From Octopus sinensis (lineage: Eukaryota), in assembly GCF_006345805.1 (NCBI RefSeq), contig NC_043006.1, forward strand, positions 91,946,001-92,010,000: DNA of 64,000 nt, written 5' to 3'. Shown here one piece after another: positions 1-13,570 of the stretch (positions are counted from its first letter, which is position 1; each line of letters opens with the position of its first letter). The translations under genes were made by a program, and so were the position numbers. Below the pieces are notes generated by a model. That model saw only the letters and a list, made by a program, of their open reading frames with translations, was not told where the DNA came from and searched no databases.

Positions 1-66
1 TACATACATACATACATACATACATACATACATACATACATACATACATACATGCATACATACATA

Positions 67-180
67 CAAACAAATAAAAATTTGTTGATGTTGAAATTCC
101 AATGAAGGAGATTTGGACCTAGGTTAGAAACCGGTGCTTTCTCTGTTGGCAAGAAATCTTGAAATAAAACTAATAATGAC
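67..180 (+). mobile_element. 3' UTR end of RLE LINE family B, set in (TACA)n
   Basis: TTCCAATGAAGGAG...GGTTAGAAACCGG...GCAAGAAATCTTGAAATAAAAC...AATGAC matches the 3' end of the coding copy at 32581-32672. (TACA)n lies upstream and ACATAC follows. Confidence 0.8.
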
Positions 181-217
181 ATACATATACACTTTGATAT
201 ATATACATATCTCTCTG

Positions 218-302
<85 letters not shown>

Positions 303-1058
303 GTGTACCTTGTTAATTGTAGCACAAATTATTCGAAGCTCTATATTCCAGCACAACATTACAACAGGTCGTCTCCAAACTTAAGCAAACTCCTAACTTC
401 ATTTTGTTCCACCTCACCACCTGATGCAGCAGTCTTTATGTAATTTTGGTGGATTGCGACACAAGATGATTATTTTGGCAACATTTGAACTTAGACAATT
501 ATCTTAACAGAAAGTAGATGTCTGCATTCAGTAATGATTAGGTGAATGTAATTTTATCTAAAGTAGATGTTAAGACAAATCTAAACTTTAAGAGACTGTA
601 AGTCTCATATCAGCGAGATGATATAGGTTACACATTTTCTGAGCATACGGACTTCATTTCTTCACGGGCACGCATCATCATCATCGTCCTAAATAAGATG
701 TTGATCATTTAAAGCGTCTAGCTGCTATTCCATGCACTAATCGCATATAATCTATATAAGCATAGTGCAATGCTTACCTGTTGCGTGTATGTTGTTGCAA
801 TGAATATATTTCAATATGTTAATACATATAACCTTTTCCTCGATTCTTTTCAATTTTTTCTGTTTCCCTCTCAGCATGTTATTAAGTTTGCTAGTCATAC
901 AAAAGAGGAATTATTATTTATCGATCAATAGATCTGATTAAATCAGTAAATGTCATTAGCTCTTTTACATAAGAAATCTTAACCTTTGTTGTTTTCTATG
1001 TGACATTGCAGACATTTTTTTCTTCTTAAAGCACGCACACACAAACACACACACACAA

Positions 1059-1089
<31 letters not shown>

Positions 1090-1464
1090 AACACACACAC
1101 AAACACACACACACACACACAAACATGCAGAGATATGTTCTCTCATATTACTTTTGACTCGTAAATTCAAATCAACACAAACGTAATCGCATATGAATGC
1201 ATCAATGCATATCTAGAGCTACTTGACAAGAACACACACACACACCAAGGCACATATGTACAGACACATACAGGAACACGCTTGCACACAAAGGCCCGCA
1301 CATCCACACATATACGAGGGAATGAGTGTGCGTGTGTGTGTGTGTGGTGTGTGTGTGTGTGTGCACATAAATATCAAACTGGCTGTCATTTAATTCTGTG
1401 TATATGTATATATACATTCTCCCGTACACATCTGTCAAGCAAAAACCACAAATACATACGTGTG

Positions 1465-1534
1465 CATGTATATATATGTATATATATGGATATATATATA
1501 TATATATTCATATATATATATATATATGTATGTA

Positions 1535-1623
<89 letters not shown>

Positions 1624-1630
1624 ATGTATA

Positions 1631-1662
<32 letters not shown>
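1465..1662. repeat. (TA)n/(TATG)n compound microsatellite
   Basis: Directly visible; one of dozens of such tracts that generate the spurious ORFs. Confidence 0.95.
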
Positions 1663-1668
<6 letters not shown>

Positions 1669-2139
1669 ATGAGCACAACCAACTTAGAAATTACACGCAT
1701 ACAAACACATAACTATATATGTTTCTATAAGATGTATAATACTATATGCCTATAATGTATGTATATTTGGGTATGTGTGAGCAACTCCCGATCGAAAATA
1801 CTTTCATATATGAAGATTGTATTGTATATAATATTACATTCTAACATTTCTTAATCTTACCTTACCTTAAAAAAAACATATAAAACAACGGATACAACAC
1901 TGAGTTAATCTCTCTGTGTCTGCTTGTTCTTGGTATTTGACTGTCAGAGCAGAAAATTTGATGGCAAGACATCTGCCATAAGGTTGCTCTGTTCTGCCAT
2001 TAGTGCCTATAGTCTCTGATTTCCTGAAGGCATCATTAAAGATCCATTATTGCTGCAGTACACATGCTGCTCGATTTGCAATGAACAGAATACAAATTTG
2101 AAAATTATATTATTATTTTTATTTTTATTATTATTATTA

Positions 2140-2175
<36 letters not shown>

Positions 2176-2904
2176 TATCATCGTTTTAGTTATCGTCAGC
2201 ATCGGCATTGCTGTCATCGCCATCATTATCATGGCTATTCTTCTGATTAGATTAATGGGGGGGGGAGAATCACAGAGAAATGTAGGGAGAGAAGAAGAAA
2301 GTATATAAACGAATATAGGAAGAAAAAAAAAGGAAAAAAAGAAATAAATGTATGTGAAATCGAATTCCATTTATCTTTCAACGTTAGTCGGATATTAAGA
2401 TTCATTCTTATCAGGTCCATGTTTGATTCTGATTTTTCGCTTACCCACAAGGAACATTTCTTTTTAAGTGATGTAGAAATGTAATGATATTTTATAAATT
2501 ATTCTGGGGCAAATTGCTTTTATTTAGTATATCAATACCAGATATATAAGGTGTAATTCTATATACGTTAGGAGTGGAACATATATTACAGGTGAAATTA
2601 TATGCGTGCCTACCTTCGCTATATTAGATGTTCATTTCACAAATATATTGTTCCAAAGTTCAAATCCATAGGTTTTCATACTGAAAAAGTTTTTCTTTTC
2701 TTCTACCGTAGCTTTTGACAAAGCAAAGTCTTCTAAGTGAAAGATTAAAGGAGGAACTTTGTGAGAAAGTTTCTCGAGATCCTTATCGTTTGATGACCGA
2801 ATTAATTCGTCACTCGCTTTAAGACCGACAACTAGGTCACGGAGGCATTCAGATGTGACTTAGGTCAGATATTAATATTCTGTCGTTCAAATGAAGTGAA
2901 GTAG

Positions 2905-3040
2905 AATAATCAGCCAAACGTTGAACGAAATATTTTGTGCTATTTAGCTACGGTCCTTTAAGATCTGAGTTCAAATTCTGCCAGACTGACTGTGTCATTC
3001 ATCTTTTTCGAGTGAACTAAATTCGACAGTTTTTTGCCCC
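2905..3040 (+). mobile_element. Degenerate Nin-domain-type SINE monomer
   Basis: CTGAGTTCAAATTCTGCC...TCATTCATCTTTTTCGAGT resembles the reverse complement of the 10166-10550 and 42083-42474 SINE units. Confidence 0.45.
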
Positions 3041-3469
3041 CAAACATATGATTATTAAAGTTTGTTATGTAGAGTTAGTAAGCAATGGGTAAATTATCTT
3101 TTGCTATTTTGTTATGTCACTTGACGTTCTGAATTTAATTTTTACAACCGGTGTGGGGGTCAATAAGATAAAATACTACTCAAGTTTTGCAATTTGTTTT
3201 GTGGGTTCTCATCGCTCAAATCTTGACTTTGTTTCTTTTCCCTTAAAGACTGAACGGTACGTGCAAGCTTGTTGAATCCCCTGTTATTAAGTGATAGATT
3301 TTCACCCACATTAAGACGTACACGTATGATCTTGAAATGATGCGTAGGCAAAAGAAAGAATTGGCAGAGCAACAAACTAAACAACTCGATCAATTTAGTA
3401 ACTTTTCTGCTACATCATTCATCATCGTCATCATCATGATCATCTATAGCAACATTAACAAAACCCTGG

Positions 3470-3680
3470 GGATCACTGACTTGAGTCCTCAGACTCATGG
3501 GGCCAGTTACCCGATTTTCCTGGCGTATAAATAACCGAGATCACAATATTCCCTCTCAACAGAAGGTTAATGGATCGCAGAGTTATTCATTTACAGCTGA
3601 GTGGACGGTAGCAACCTGAAATGAAGTGCTTTGCTCTTCTCGGGAATAGAAACCTCGACTTTGTGGTCCGTAACTAACCG
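3470..3680 (-). mobile_element. Degenerate tRNA-SINE sharing the core of the 38018 and 55344 SINEs
   Basis: CAGCTGAGTGGACGGTAGCAACCTGAAATGAAGTGCTTTGCTC matches CAGCTGAGTGGACTGGAGCAACGTGAAATAAAGTGTCTTGCTC at ~38213-38255. Confidence 0.55.
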
Positions 3681-3781
3681 AAGACTTTGTTTTCGTTATT
3701 TTTTCCTTCTGTTTTACATATGTGAGTTACATATAAATGTTGTATGTGGAGTTATATTTGTAGAAAATAGAAATAAGCGGC

Positions 3782-3962
3782 CTTTGACTGCTATTTCTAA
3801 TTTTTCGGTATGTCGCTAAGCAACCCGTTGCTTGCCCTTTATATATACATATAGCTTTTTAATAAAGTTCCTACCGATAATGGTTATATTTCCATACCGA
3901 AATCTACCTGTAAATAATTGTTGGTTCTTAAAATTAATAATTATTTCCCCTTATATTATTAA
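3782..3962 (+). mobile_element. Diverged copy of the PLE-type repeat seen at 13637, 14201, 25694 and 40070
   Basis: Shares CTGCTATTTCTAA..TTCGGTATGT..TACCGATAATGGT..CATACCGAA..TAC.TG..ATTAAT..CCCTT blocks. Confidence 0.6.
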
Positions 3963-4023
3963 TACATACACACACACACACACACACAACACACACACAC
4001 ACACACACACAGACACACACACA

Positions 4024-4126
<103 letters not shown>

Positions 4127-4173
4127 TAAATGAAAGAATGGAGTCGAACGAAGATGTTAACAAAATTCCTTTA

Positions 4174-4255
4174 CTCTCGGCACATGTTTCGAAGGCAGCA
4201 TGTTTTCATTCCAAAAGAATAAAGGGTGCATTATGCAATCTTCTCATCAAGAAAG
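4174..4255 (-). ncRNA. Degenerate type I hammerhead ribozyme motif (probably inactive)
   Basis: Minus strand: CTTTC-TTGATGA-GAAG...CTTC-GAAAC-ATGT-GCC-GAGAG. Stems I and II pair, but the core has C3U and GUC is changed to GCC. Confidence 0.55.
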
Positions 4256-5849
4256 AAAGGGAGCCTCTCTCGACAACAAGACAAACAAACATTTCGATGA
4301 TTGCCTACATGGTCAATTTTCCATGCTGACGATTAACATACGATAATTCATTCACCTACTCATATATATATATATATCCCTCAATACTGTGTTGAGCGCT
4401 CATTCCCACTGTCGATTTCAGTCAAAACTTAAAATTGGACTTCGTCGTCGATATTTGCCAAATGTAAATCCTGCTACCATCGGAATTTATGAACCTCTAG
4501 ACTTTTCTATTTAGTGGTATCTTATATAGACGAGAATATTTCTCTGTTAACCTTTCAAGTCATAGAACCCAGTGGCTTATAGATATCTGAGAGTCATGGG
4601 TATATTTTAACAATTGGAATCGTGGATTGCAACAATTATTAGAGCAACATCAATGAATATATTGCACCACTGTGTCCGCTTAAATCTCTTTACGACCATC
4701 ACTCAAGTTGGTCAAGTTTTATTTTCTATTTTTATCTTTCAGTTGCCAATAAAACAAGCAATAGAGCAATTAATAGCACCGATTTAGAATTCCTATAAAG
4801 CTTCTTCGATGTAAATGAAACGGAAACAAATGAGACTAACGCCTCGAGAATGACTTCCTTATACCTCATAACATGCAGAGGTAATATGTCGTGAGAGGGG
4901 TCGAAGTAATGGTGTATAGATTAGAATGCATATATTTCAATGGACGGGAATTGGTCCTCGGTTGCGTATCAGCATTTGTAAAAGTAAAATGGAAGCAGCA
5001 TTGTTCAACAGTATTTGTAGTTCGAATATGAAATAGATTCTTTAAGACTTAATAAATCTGAAGTTCGATAAAGAACATTTCGACAATGATCATAAAAAAT
5101 ACGTTTTAGTCACACAAAGAAAAATTATCATTTTTAGTATTTCCAATAAAAATTCTCATCATTGAATCCATTCTCTTCAATTTCTTTCACTTAAGAACGA
5201 TAAACTGCCTTTTATGAGCCTCTCTTTCCTTATCTTAATACACACGATAAGCTTACAGCCTGAAAAGCAGCCACACACACGCACACACACATACACTCCC
5301 ATTTGCACACGCACACGCACACACGTGCACACAGATATATGTTTCGAATACATTCATTTCAATGGTATTCGTATATATAAACAGAAAAAAAATATCCTCC
5401 ATTTGTAACAGCGAGTTACTCGATGTCGGATGATGTTCCTTGTTTCCACAGCACATTAAATCTGCAGCAATATTTGCGTTTTAATAAATAATGCGTTTAT
5501 GGTCTCTTTCGCTATAAGTATACGTACAAACATTCGTTTCGAAAATATAATCATACTTTTGCAGCTCAAATTCGAATTTACCTTTCATTAAACCGAAATC
5601 AGAACTAAATATCTCAGTTATATATTCGTGCACATCCACGCGCGCGCGTTCACCCATATGTGTGTATATGCGTGTGTGAGTGTGGTGTGGTGTGTGTGTG
5701 TGTAAGTGTGGTGTGGTATTTGTGTGTGTCTTAAGTAGTCGATATTAGCTAGAACATGGAAAACTACAATCTATAATATTGAATTCAATACTAGTTGTGA
5801 GTGCAGTATATTATTATAAATCTTATCTGCAGAAACAGGTAAAGATATG

Positions 5850-5949
<100 letters not shown>

Positions 5950-6233
5950 TAACTACGTTGAAAATATGCTTAAGTTTCTAAATAGAAAATGGGAAGCTAA
6001 AAGTGTAGTATTTCGAAAATTTAAATTGAGACAAGAATACACGCACACACACAAACATGCAAACCACACACACGCACGCACGCGCACACACACACACACA
6101 CACACACACAACACACACACTTTATTATTAAAGCTGAAAAACAACAAATATAAAAAATTGCATATTACTGTACCTCCGATGTTTGAGTACTATAAATTCT
6201 CACCTTGTCTCACAAATATGTGCCTACTCTGGA

Positions 6234-6265
<32 letters not shown>

Positions 6266-6266
<1 letters not shown>

Positions 6267-7709
6267 CATTCAGTAGTTTTATTTTTATAACGTCATTTCA
6301 CTTCACTACCGAGCGCAGCTCTGTGTGCCTTGGGTATGTGCTGTCATTTGTTGTGATGCTCTGATGGTTATTGTATGGAAAGTGTTCTGCGTAGGATGTG
6401 TGCAGTGCCTAGTAATGCAATTTTCTGTATGTTATATGTGTTTGTAAGTCCTGGTGTTTTTGTTATGTATTTGTCTGAATATTTTTTTATCGTGCCTAAT
6501 GAACCTGCTATGATAGGAATTGTCTCTGTTTTTAGATTCCACAATCTAGTTACCTCTATTTCCAGGTATTTTGAAAGTTTCTCCATTTCTTTTAGAGAAA
6601 CCTCCTCATCTGCTGATATTGATACATCAATTGGAAAGCATTTGTTTTCTTCGTGATCTCTGACAACTATATCTGGTCTGTTGGCCTTAATGTCTCTGTC
6701 TGTGTGTATTGGCATATCCCAGAGTATGGTTGCTTTCTCGTTTTCTGTGACATTTTCTGGTGTGTGCCTATACCATCATTTTTCTGTGGTTATTCCATAA
6801 TGTTGACATAGCTTCCAGTCTATGTAGGTCCCATCTCTGTCGCGTCTGTGAATATATTCCTTCTTAGCCAGGACTGGGCAGCCAGAGATAATATGATTTA
6901 TTGTTTCTTGTCCATCTCCACATATTCAGCAGTTACTTGTTATATTTCTTTTCATTACATGTTTTTGGTAATTTCTGGTGGGGAGGCTTTGGTCTTGTGC
7001 TGCAATTAAAAATCACTCTGTCTCTGCTTTGAGTCCTGAGCTTCTCAACCATTGCGGGGATTTTTCTTTGACTATTTATTTTGCATTTAGTTTAGTCCAG
7101 TACTTGACATGAAGGGGCTTTTCTTGCCATCGTTTTATCATGGTCTGTTGCTGTTCTAGTTATAGTTTTGATTTCATTTGTGTTATAGCTTTTGTTGTTT
7201 CTTCATCTTCTTCTTCTTCATATTTGTTAGGTGGTATGGTTTCTTGTTTGTATTTGTCAGCTTCCTTAAATACTGAGAACAGTTTTTTGGTTTTGCTCGT
7301 GTTTTGCCGCTATTTGTGTCAGTTTTCCTTCCTTCTGAAGTAGATATTTTTGCAGTCCTATTGTGGTTATTTTATAGTAGCTTTCCAGCTGTATAAGGCC
7401 TCTACCACCATCTATACGTTGTATTTATAGCCTTTCTATGTGAGATTTTGGGTGATGCATCCTAGATCCTGTCATTACTTTTCTTGTTTTCCTATCTATT
7501 TTGGTCAGTTCATTTAGTGTCCAGTTAAGGATATTGTAGCTGTAACTTATAACTGGGGCGGCTAAAGTGTTGATACCTATTATCTTGTTTTTAGCATTGA
7601 GCTCTGTTTTCAGTATTAATCTAACTCGTCTATAATATTCTTTTTTTTTTCTCTTTCATTTGTGTGTGTTGTGTCTTATCTAGTTCATGGATTCCTAAGT
7701 ATTTGTAAG

Positions 7710-7710
<1 letters not shown>
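6266..7710 (-). mobile_element. 5'-truncated R4/Dong-clade RLE non-LTR retrotransposon (family A), decayed RT C-terminus, CCHC knuckle and endonuclease
   Basis: Minus translation gives YKYLG, RLYIQRIDGGRGL, a C..ICG...HIISGC knuckle and RPDIVV..IDV..EK..KY (ORF 6368-6715), then a short 3' UTR. (TTA)n tracts flank both sides. Confidence 0.92.
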
Positions 7711-7763
<53 letters not shown>

Positions 7764-9224
7764 TTATCGATTTCATTCGTAGAAGTGCGGCCATGTTGGA
7801 GCACCACCTTCAATTTCTTTTCTCAGTTTTGTTTTATAGATTTATAATTGGAAGTTGGTCTCTGACTGAGTTTGCAGCAGCTGATCTTTCCTGAGTGTAT
7901 CCTTGAATGGTTATCGTCGTTAGGAGTTTTCATTTAATGTCTATTTTTATGTTTCAGTAAAAGCCACTTTGATATTTCTGATTTCTCGAGGCAATTGAAC
8001 AATAAAAGCGATCTAAATATCAGACTGGTGCAATTAAGTGCCTTTGCTCACGATTTCGAAGATGATATACTTAGAAGCCGACAATATAAAAATCCTGTAT
8101 TAAAATTCTCTCTTATGCCGAAGTTTATAAGGATTTTGCACACGTATATGATAGCATATTCATCTGTCTTCGGCGTTCAAGAAAGTAAAGACTTAGAACT
8201 TTCACACGTCCCCAGTAATTAAGGCTTATAACCTAAGTTATTTTACTGCCGAACGTTCACTGTAACCCTTCCGTTTCTTCGGTGAGACCACATTTGAGAT
8301 GTGTTGGTAAATGGCTTCTTGCTAAAGGAGGAGATTTGTTAATTTTTTTATAATGTTAGTAATAAATGTATTATGAAAATAATGAATCACTGTTAGAAAC
8401 AGATATGTAATATTTGTTATTATAAAGCATATCCATATTAGAATGGTGTTCTTCGTGAGAAATTGAGGTAAAGTCCTCGAAATAGAATGTTCCGTTCAAT
8501 TTGGATTATAATTGCACACTCTTCGAATGTGGAAGTCTAAGTGTTGAATGAAGTAAAAGTAAAATTAGGAGGCTGACATATATCTTTCCATGAAAATGAT
8601 GGGCGTAAATTAGTTATACGTGAATAATATCATTATACGAACATCAGTAATTTGCTGTAATAGTAGGGTTTACGTTATAAGTCGGATGTCAATGGGATTA
8701 GATGTTAAAAATATGGGAGTAATATGCGAAAATGGGTTTAACAGAAAATTATTGCTCACATCCGTGAAGAAGTTGTAAATTGAGTTTCTTGGAATGAGCA
8801 CAGAGACGCGGTGAAAGAGTTAGAAGGTTCGTGACTTCTTGGCCTTAGTCGTATCGGCAATTTCAAGAAAATCAGAGTGGGTAAATCAACCCCAGTACAA
8901 ATTATTTATCGACACCCAAGGAATGAAAGACAAAGTGGAAAATTTAAATCTAAGCATTTAATCCAAATATTTTAAAGACTCAGCAACTTGGCTGCCTTCG
9001 TTGCAGATTTAAGAAATCAATAATGCGACATATTGTGGTAAATGATAGGGAAATATAAAAATGTATGTGTGGAGTAAAAAAGAAGCCTTTATAATTAAAT
9101 GATAGAATCTGAATGGATGAGGGTTAAGAGAAAGAGCGGGACATGAGGGAAAGAAGTTATAATGCGATTTTGGACTCGGATATGAAAGTGCGGGGCAAAG
9201 GTAAGTGAATATATGTCAGAATGA

Positions 9225-9310
9225 TATGTATGTATGTGCGCATGTGTTTGTATGTAAGTGTGTATGTGTGTGTATGGAACTATGTGCGTGTATGTGTGTG
9301 TGTATGTATG

Positions 9311-9341
<31 letters not shown>

Positions 9342-9630
9342 GTGTGTGTGTGTATGTGTGTGTATGTATGTATGTATGTATATATGTATGCATGTGTGTG
9401 TATGTATGTGTGTATGTGTATGTACGCATGTATGTGTATATGTATGTATGTATGTATGTAAGCATGTATGTGTGTGTGTATGTATGTATATACATAGGTA
9501 TTATGCATGCAGTTATGCATGCATACATGCATGTATGTATGCATATATGTATGTATGTATGCATGCAGGTATGTATGTATGTATATATATATATATGTCC
9601 CCCCTCTCTCTCTGTATGTATATATATATA
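9225..9630. repeat. (TATG)n/(TG)n compound microsatellite
   Basis: Directly visible. Confidence 0.95.
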
Positions 9631-10165
9631 TAGAATATATAGAAGAAAAAATATGGAGAGTAGAAGAACTGTTAAAGAAAGCTACGACAGTGCAATTTGG
9701 AGATAAAGAAGTGAAAACAAAAGCTCCCTTCCATCTGATCGGTGAAAAATGATGCTCGTTGCATTTCCGGTTTCTTCGTTTTTTCGTTTTTATTGATAAG
9801 CGCTTTTAACCAGAAATATATAAATTTGATGCAAATGTGTAAAGAAGTAAAGCAATGGGAAGCACACCGCCTTGGCTTTGGATTTGCTTTTGTTTTCGTA
9901 GCTTTGTTTCTATCTTGCATTATTGTGGCTTACTTCGACACGTTTAGTCTCTAAAATATTCTGTTCTAAAAGTGGACCAGCATATCAAAATGGTGGATAT
10001 AAATCTAAATTGAAAGTCTGAGTAAAGTAAGTATAAAATTTAAGAGTGAAAAGCAAAGGAAAACGAATAATAAAACGAATAATGGTACAAAGGTTGCTTA
10101 TTCCTAATACAGATTTAGCCAAAAACTTAATATGCATCCAGACACAAAAAGGAATATAAATCTTT

Positions 10166-10550
10166 TGTATTATAGGTACATGGCCTAAAGTTTTGGTGGA
10201 GGGGGTGCAGTCGATGAGATCGACCCCAGCACACAACTGGTACTTAATTTAGCGAATCCCGAAATGATGACAGGCAAAGTCGACCTCGGCGGAATTGGAA
10301 CTCAGAGCGTAGAAACAGGCGAAATACCTATTTCTTTACTACCCACAAGGGGCTAAACACAGAGGGGACAAACAAGGACAGACAAACAGATTAAGCCGAT
10401 TATATCGATCCTAGTGCGTAACTGGTGCTTAATTTATCGACCCCGAAAGGGTGAAAGGCAAAGTCGACCTCGGCCGAATTTGAAATCGGTACGTAACGGC
10501 AGACAAAATACCGCTTAGCATTTCGTCCACCGTGCTAACGATTCTGCCAG
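10166..10550 (-). mobile_element. Dimeric SINE with Nin/Deu-like domain
   Basis: Two tandem units each containing minus-strand CCGAGGTCGACTTTGCCT...TTCGGG..CG.TAAATTAAG.ACCAGTT. A near-identical dimer sits at 42083-42474. Confidence 0.8.
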
Positions 10551-11450
10551 CACACACATGCACCCCCCCCCCACACACACACAAGCACAAACACACATAT
10601 ACACATACAAACACACACACACCCACACAGAGAAATACATGCACAAACATTACTCCTTACTTATAGATTGTATTAATCGGATACTTTTTACGAGAAAGCT
10701 CAATATACATCGATGCACAGAATTTAAGAAAATGGTGTAAAAGTTTACGTTTAATATGCAATTACAGGAAAAAATACAATATACATATTGAGTAAATGAG
10801 GGAGGAAATCAAGTCCAACCCAATGAAAAATAGGGATAAATGAAACACTGGTGCAAGCAAAATCTTCCTGGAGGTTCGGGGGTAAAATATTCAAATTACC
10901 TGTATGGAGGTCGGCAAAATAATAATCACGTGGTCCACTCATCGGCGATGTCTTTTGGTTGAATGGAACAAACTGAAATGGTTTCTGCTTTTGAGTGTTA
11001 ACTTTTTGGTGTGGACTGACTTGGCATAAGAATATATGTCAGGTATGAACAGTAGCAGCGAAGCAATACTTTCTAAAATGCTTAGTAGAACCTAAAGTAA
11101 CTGCAACCGAGATGTTAAATTATATCTCACAATCAAATATTTATTGATATTGACATTATTAATAAAAATCTACGTCATCACATATAATAAATAATGTAAA
11201 TAGGAAAGTACAGGTGCTACGTAGCATTAATGAGATCACACATACACACACACACAATACACACACCAGGCAAATGTACGAAGAAAGGCATAAATATTTT
11301 TTATCTTAGCAATATTAAATAGACGAACATATATATGTATGTATACATGCATACATACATATACATACATTGAGGCATAGATATGTACATACATCAAGAT
11401 ATACACGCATATACACATGTGCTCATATATATATATATATATATATATAT

Positions 11451-12500
11451 AACATTATTGGTGAATTGAAGAAATGGAGCTGAACGCAGATTGAACAGAA
11501 ATCGTTTTATTTCATTCTACACGTGTTTCGAAAGGCACAAATTACCAAAATCCGATTGAATAATGGGACCAAATTGTGTCTTTCTCTTCAGGAAGAAAAA
11601 AGGAAATCCGTAAAGGGCTCTTACAGTCGGCTTTTCGATGCCCCCATTGGCGGCGTTACACTTATCTGGCTTTTAAATAGCGTTTATAAATAATACCGGC
11701 ACCCATAGCCCTTGGTAAACAAATTCTGAATAGCCTTAAGATATCTACGATTATCCACTGCAAGGGGAATTACTCCTGTAAGACAAACGGGGCTTGGTTT
11801 TTTCACAGCGGGGGTTTCCTTGACAGGCAGGCTTAGATGGACACACACACACATAAAACATAATATATATATATTTTTCTTTCTGCCACCCACGGTTATC
11901 ACGGCAGTAGCCACTGACAGCCGAACGATCAAACGCACACACGTACACAAAAAATGTTTTCTACCTCCTACGCCAACACACACATATATAGAACATATAC
12001 ACACACACACGTCTCTAAGTAGATTTTTTCTCGCCCCTTATAAAACATCCAATATTCCTTAAATAGTCAGAACTTTATTCTCGGTCACAAGAACATCTAT
12101 AACCCTCACCCACATGATTGACCGATGCCTGACCTGTAGAATTCTTCAGCCACCGGTTCTCAGCATACACTGATAAACAGTTTCGCCATGGGCTCTTAGG
12201 AGCATAGTTCGATTTGGTTTTTGCGCCGCCTCGTTCTGTTTGGTCCCATTATTCAATCGGATTTTGGTAATTTGTGCCTTTCGAAACACGTTAGAATGAA
12301 ATAAAACGATTTCTGTCAATCTGCGTTCAGCTCCATTTCTTCAATTCACCAATAATGTTTTAATTTCAATTATCGCACCAACGCACGGTTGCAAACGCCA
12401 GGTGGTTGTACCTCCAACCGTGCTGTTACTGCTGTGATTTTTGCTACTAAGGTATCGTTAACTTTTGATTAATCTACAACAAGATTATTCATCTTTCTAT
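11451..12500. mobile_element. Penelope-like remnant with ~120 bp inverted pseudo-LTR segments
   Basis: 11451-11573 is the reverse complement of 12239-12359 apart from two 1-nt indels. It contains a hammerhead and sits between (TA)n tracts. Confidence 0.75.
11510..11598 (-). ncRNA. Minimal type I hammerhead ribozyme, canonical core
   Basis: Minus: TTTCTTC-CTGAAGA-GAAAGACACAA...TTGTGCCTTTC-GAAAC-ACGT-GTA-GAATGAAA. Stem II pairs at 10 of 11 positions, stem III is palindromic, and the cleavage triplet is GUA. Confidence 0.88.
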
Positions 12501-12505
12501 TTCAC

Positions 12506-12552
<47 letters not shown>

Positions 12553-12588
12553 ATATGGAGTACATGTTATATTTGTATATGTATATAT

Positions 12589-12630
<42 letters not shown>

Positions 12631-12674
12631 TATATATATATATATATAGATATATATATATATATTTATATGTA

Positions 12675-13010
12675 GGTGTGTTTGTGTGGTAAGAAGCTTA
12701 CTTCCCAACGACATGTTCAGTCCATCTGCGTGGCACCTTGGGTGTCTTCTACTATAGCCTCGGGCTGATCAAAGCCGTGTGAGTGGATTTGGTAGACAGA
12801 AACTGAACGAAGCCCGTCGTATATATATATATATATATATATATAGTTAACCCAAACAAGAAAACACAAAAAAAACACAGCAACGCGAGGACGTGGAACA
12901 AATAAAGTATTATTGGACGCCCAGGAAAGAAGGGAAGAAGGAGGGTTTAACGTTTCGAGCGGAGCTCCAGCATGGCCGCAATCAAACTGACTGAAACAAA
13001 TAAAAGAATA
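12675..13010 (+). mobile_element. Abundant tRNA/CORE-like SINE (family S1) interrupted by a PLE-like fragment
   Basis: Head GTGTGGTAAGAAGCTT...GGTAGACAGAAACTGAACGAAGCCCGTCG(TA)n and tail CAGCATGGCCGCA..ACTGAAACAA.TAAAAGAATA; foreign sequence at ~12846-12966. Confidence 0.8.
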
Positions 13011-13089
13011 TACTCAGAGAAATGCTGAAAATTTCTAAGATTTCCTTATGGAAATAGACGTCAGTAGAAAATGTAAAAGATGTGAGTGC

Positions 13090-13481
13090 GTTTCCTGATC
13101 GATGCGTATAAGAAGTAATTGGGTTTGATTAACCTATTAAGAATATCAAATGTTAAAAATATAATCGAACAACCTGACTTTGTGGGACTGAACATAAGCG
13201 TTCAAAATACTTTGCGGATGAGCTTTTGCGAATATGATTTTAAGACTTTATACAAAGTTAACAAGTCTTTTGTTGCGTGTACACCGCTTGGCAAGGTAAT
13301 CATTTCCCGTCTTCTGTTGTGTCTGGGGAGAGTCATTTTATTTTTGTGCCTTATAATATAACACACTCACCGGTAAAATTTCCACTTATTTCTTATTTTT
13401 ATTTTCCTAAAATTTTCGTTGCCTCTTGCAAACCTTTTCAATAGTCTTGACTCTGTCCGTTATTTACCCTGCGTTCCTTTT
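13090..13481 (+). mobile_element. PLE-like 3' region with degenerate hammerhead core
   Basis: ORF end ..IIEQPDFVGLN resembles a GIY-YIG C-terminus, and CGGATGA-GC-TTTT-GC-GAAT lies at 13215-13233. 13313-13481 recurs inverted at 26282-26448 and, more diverged, at ~17130-17300. Confidence 0.55.
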
Positions 13482-13570
13482 TGTTTGTTTGTGTGCATGT
13501 GTGTAGGTCAGTGTGTGTGTGTGTGTGTGTGAGTGTGTGTGTGTGTGTGCCTATGCATGCATGCATGTAC

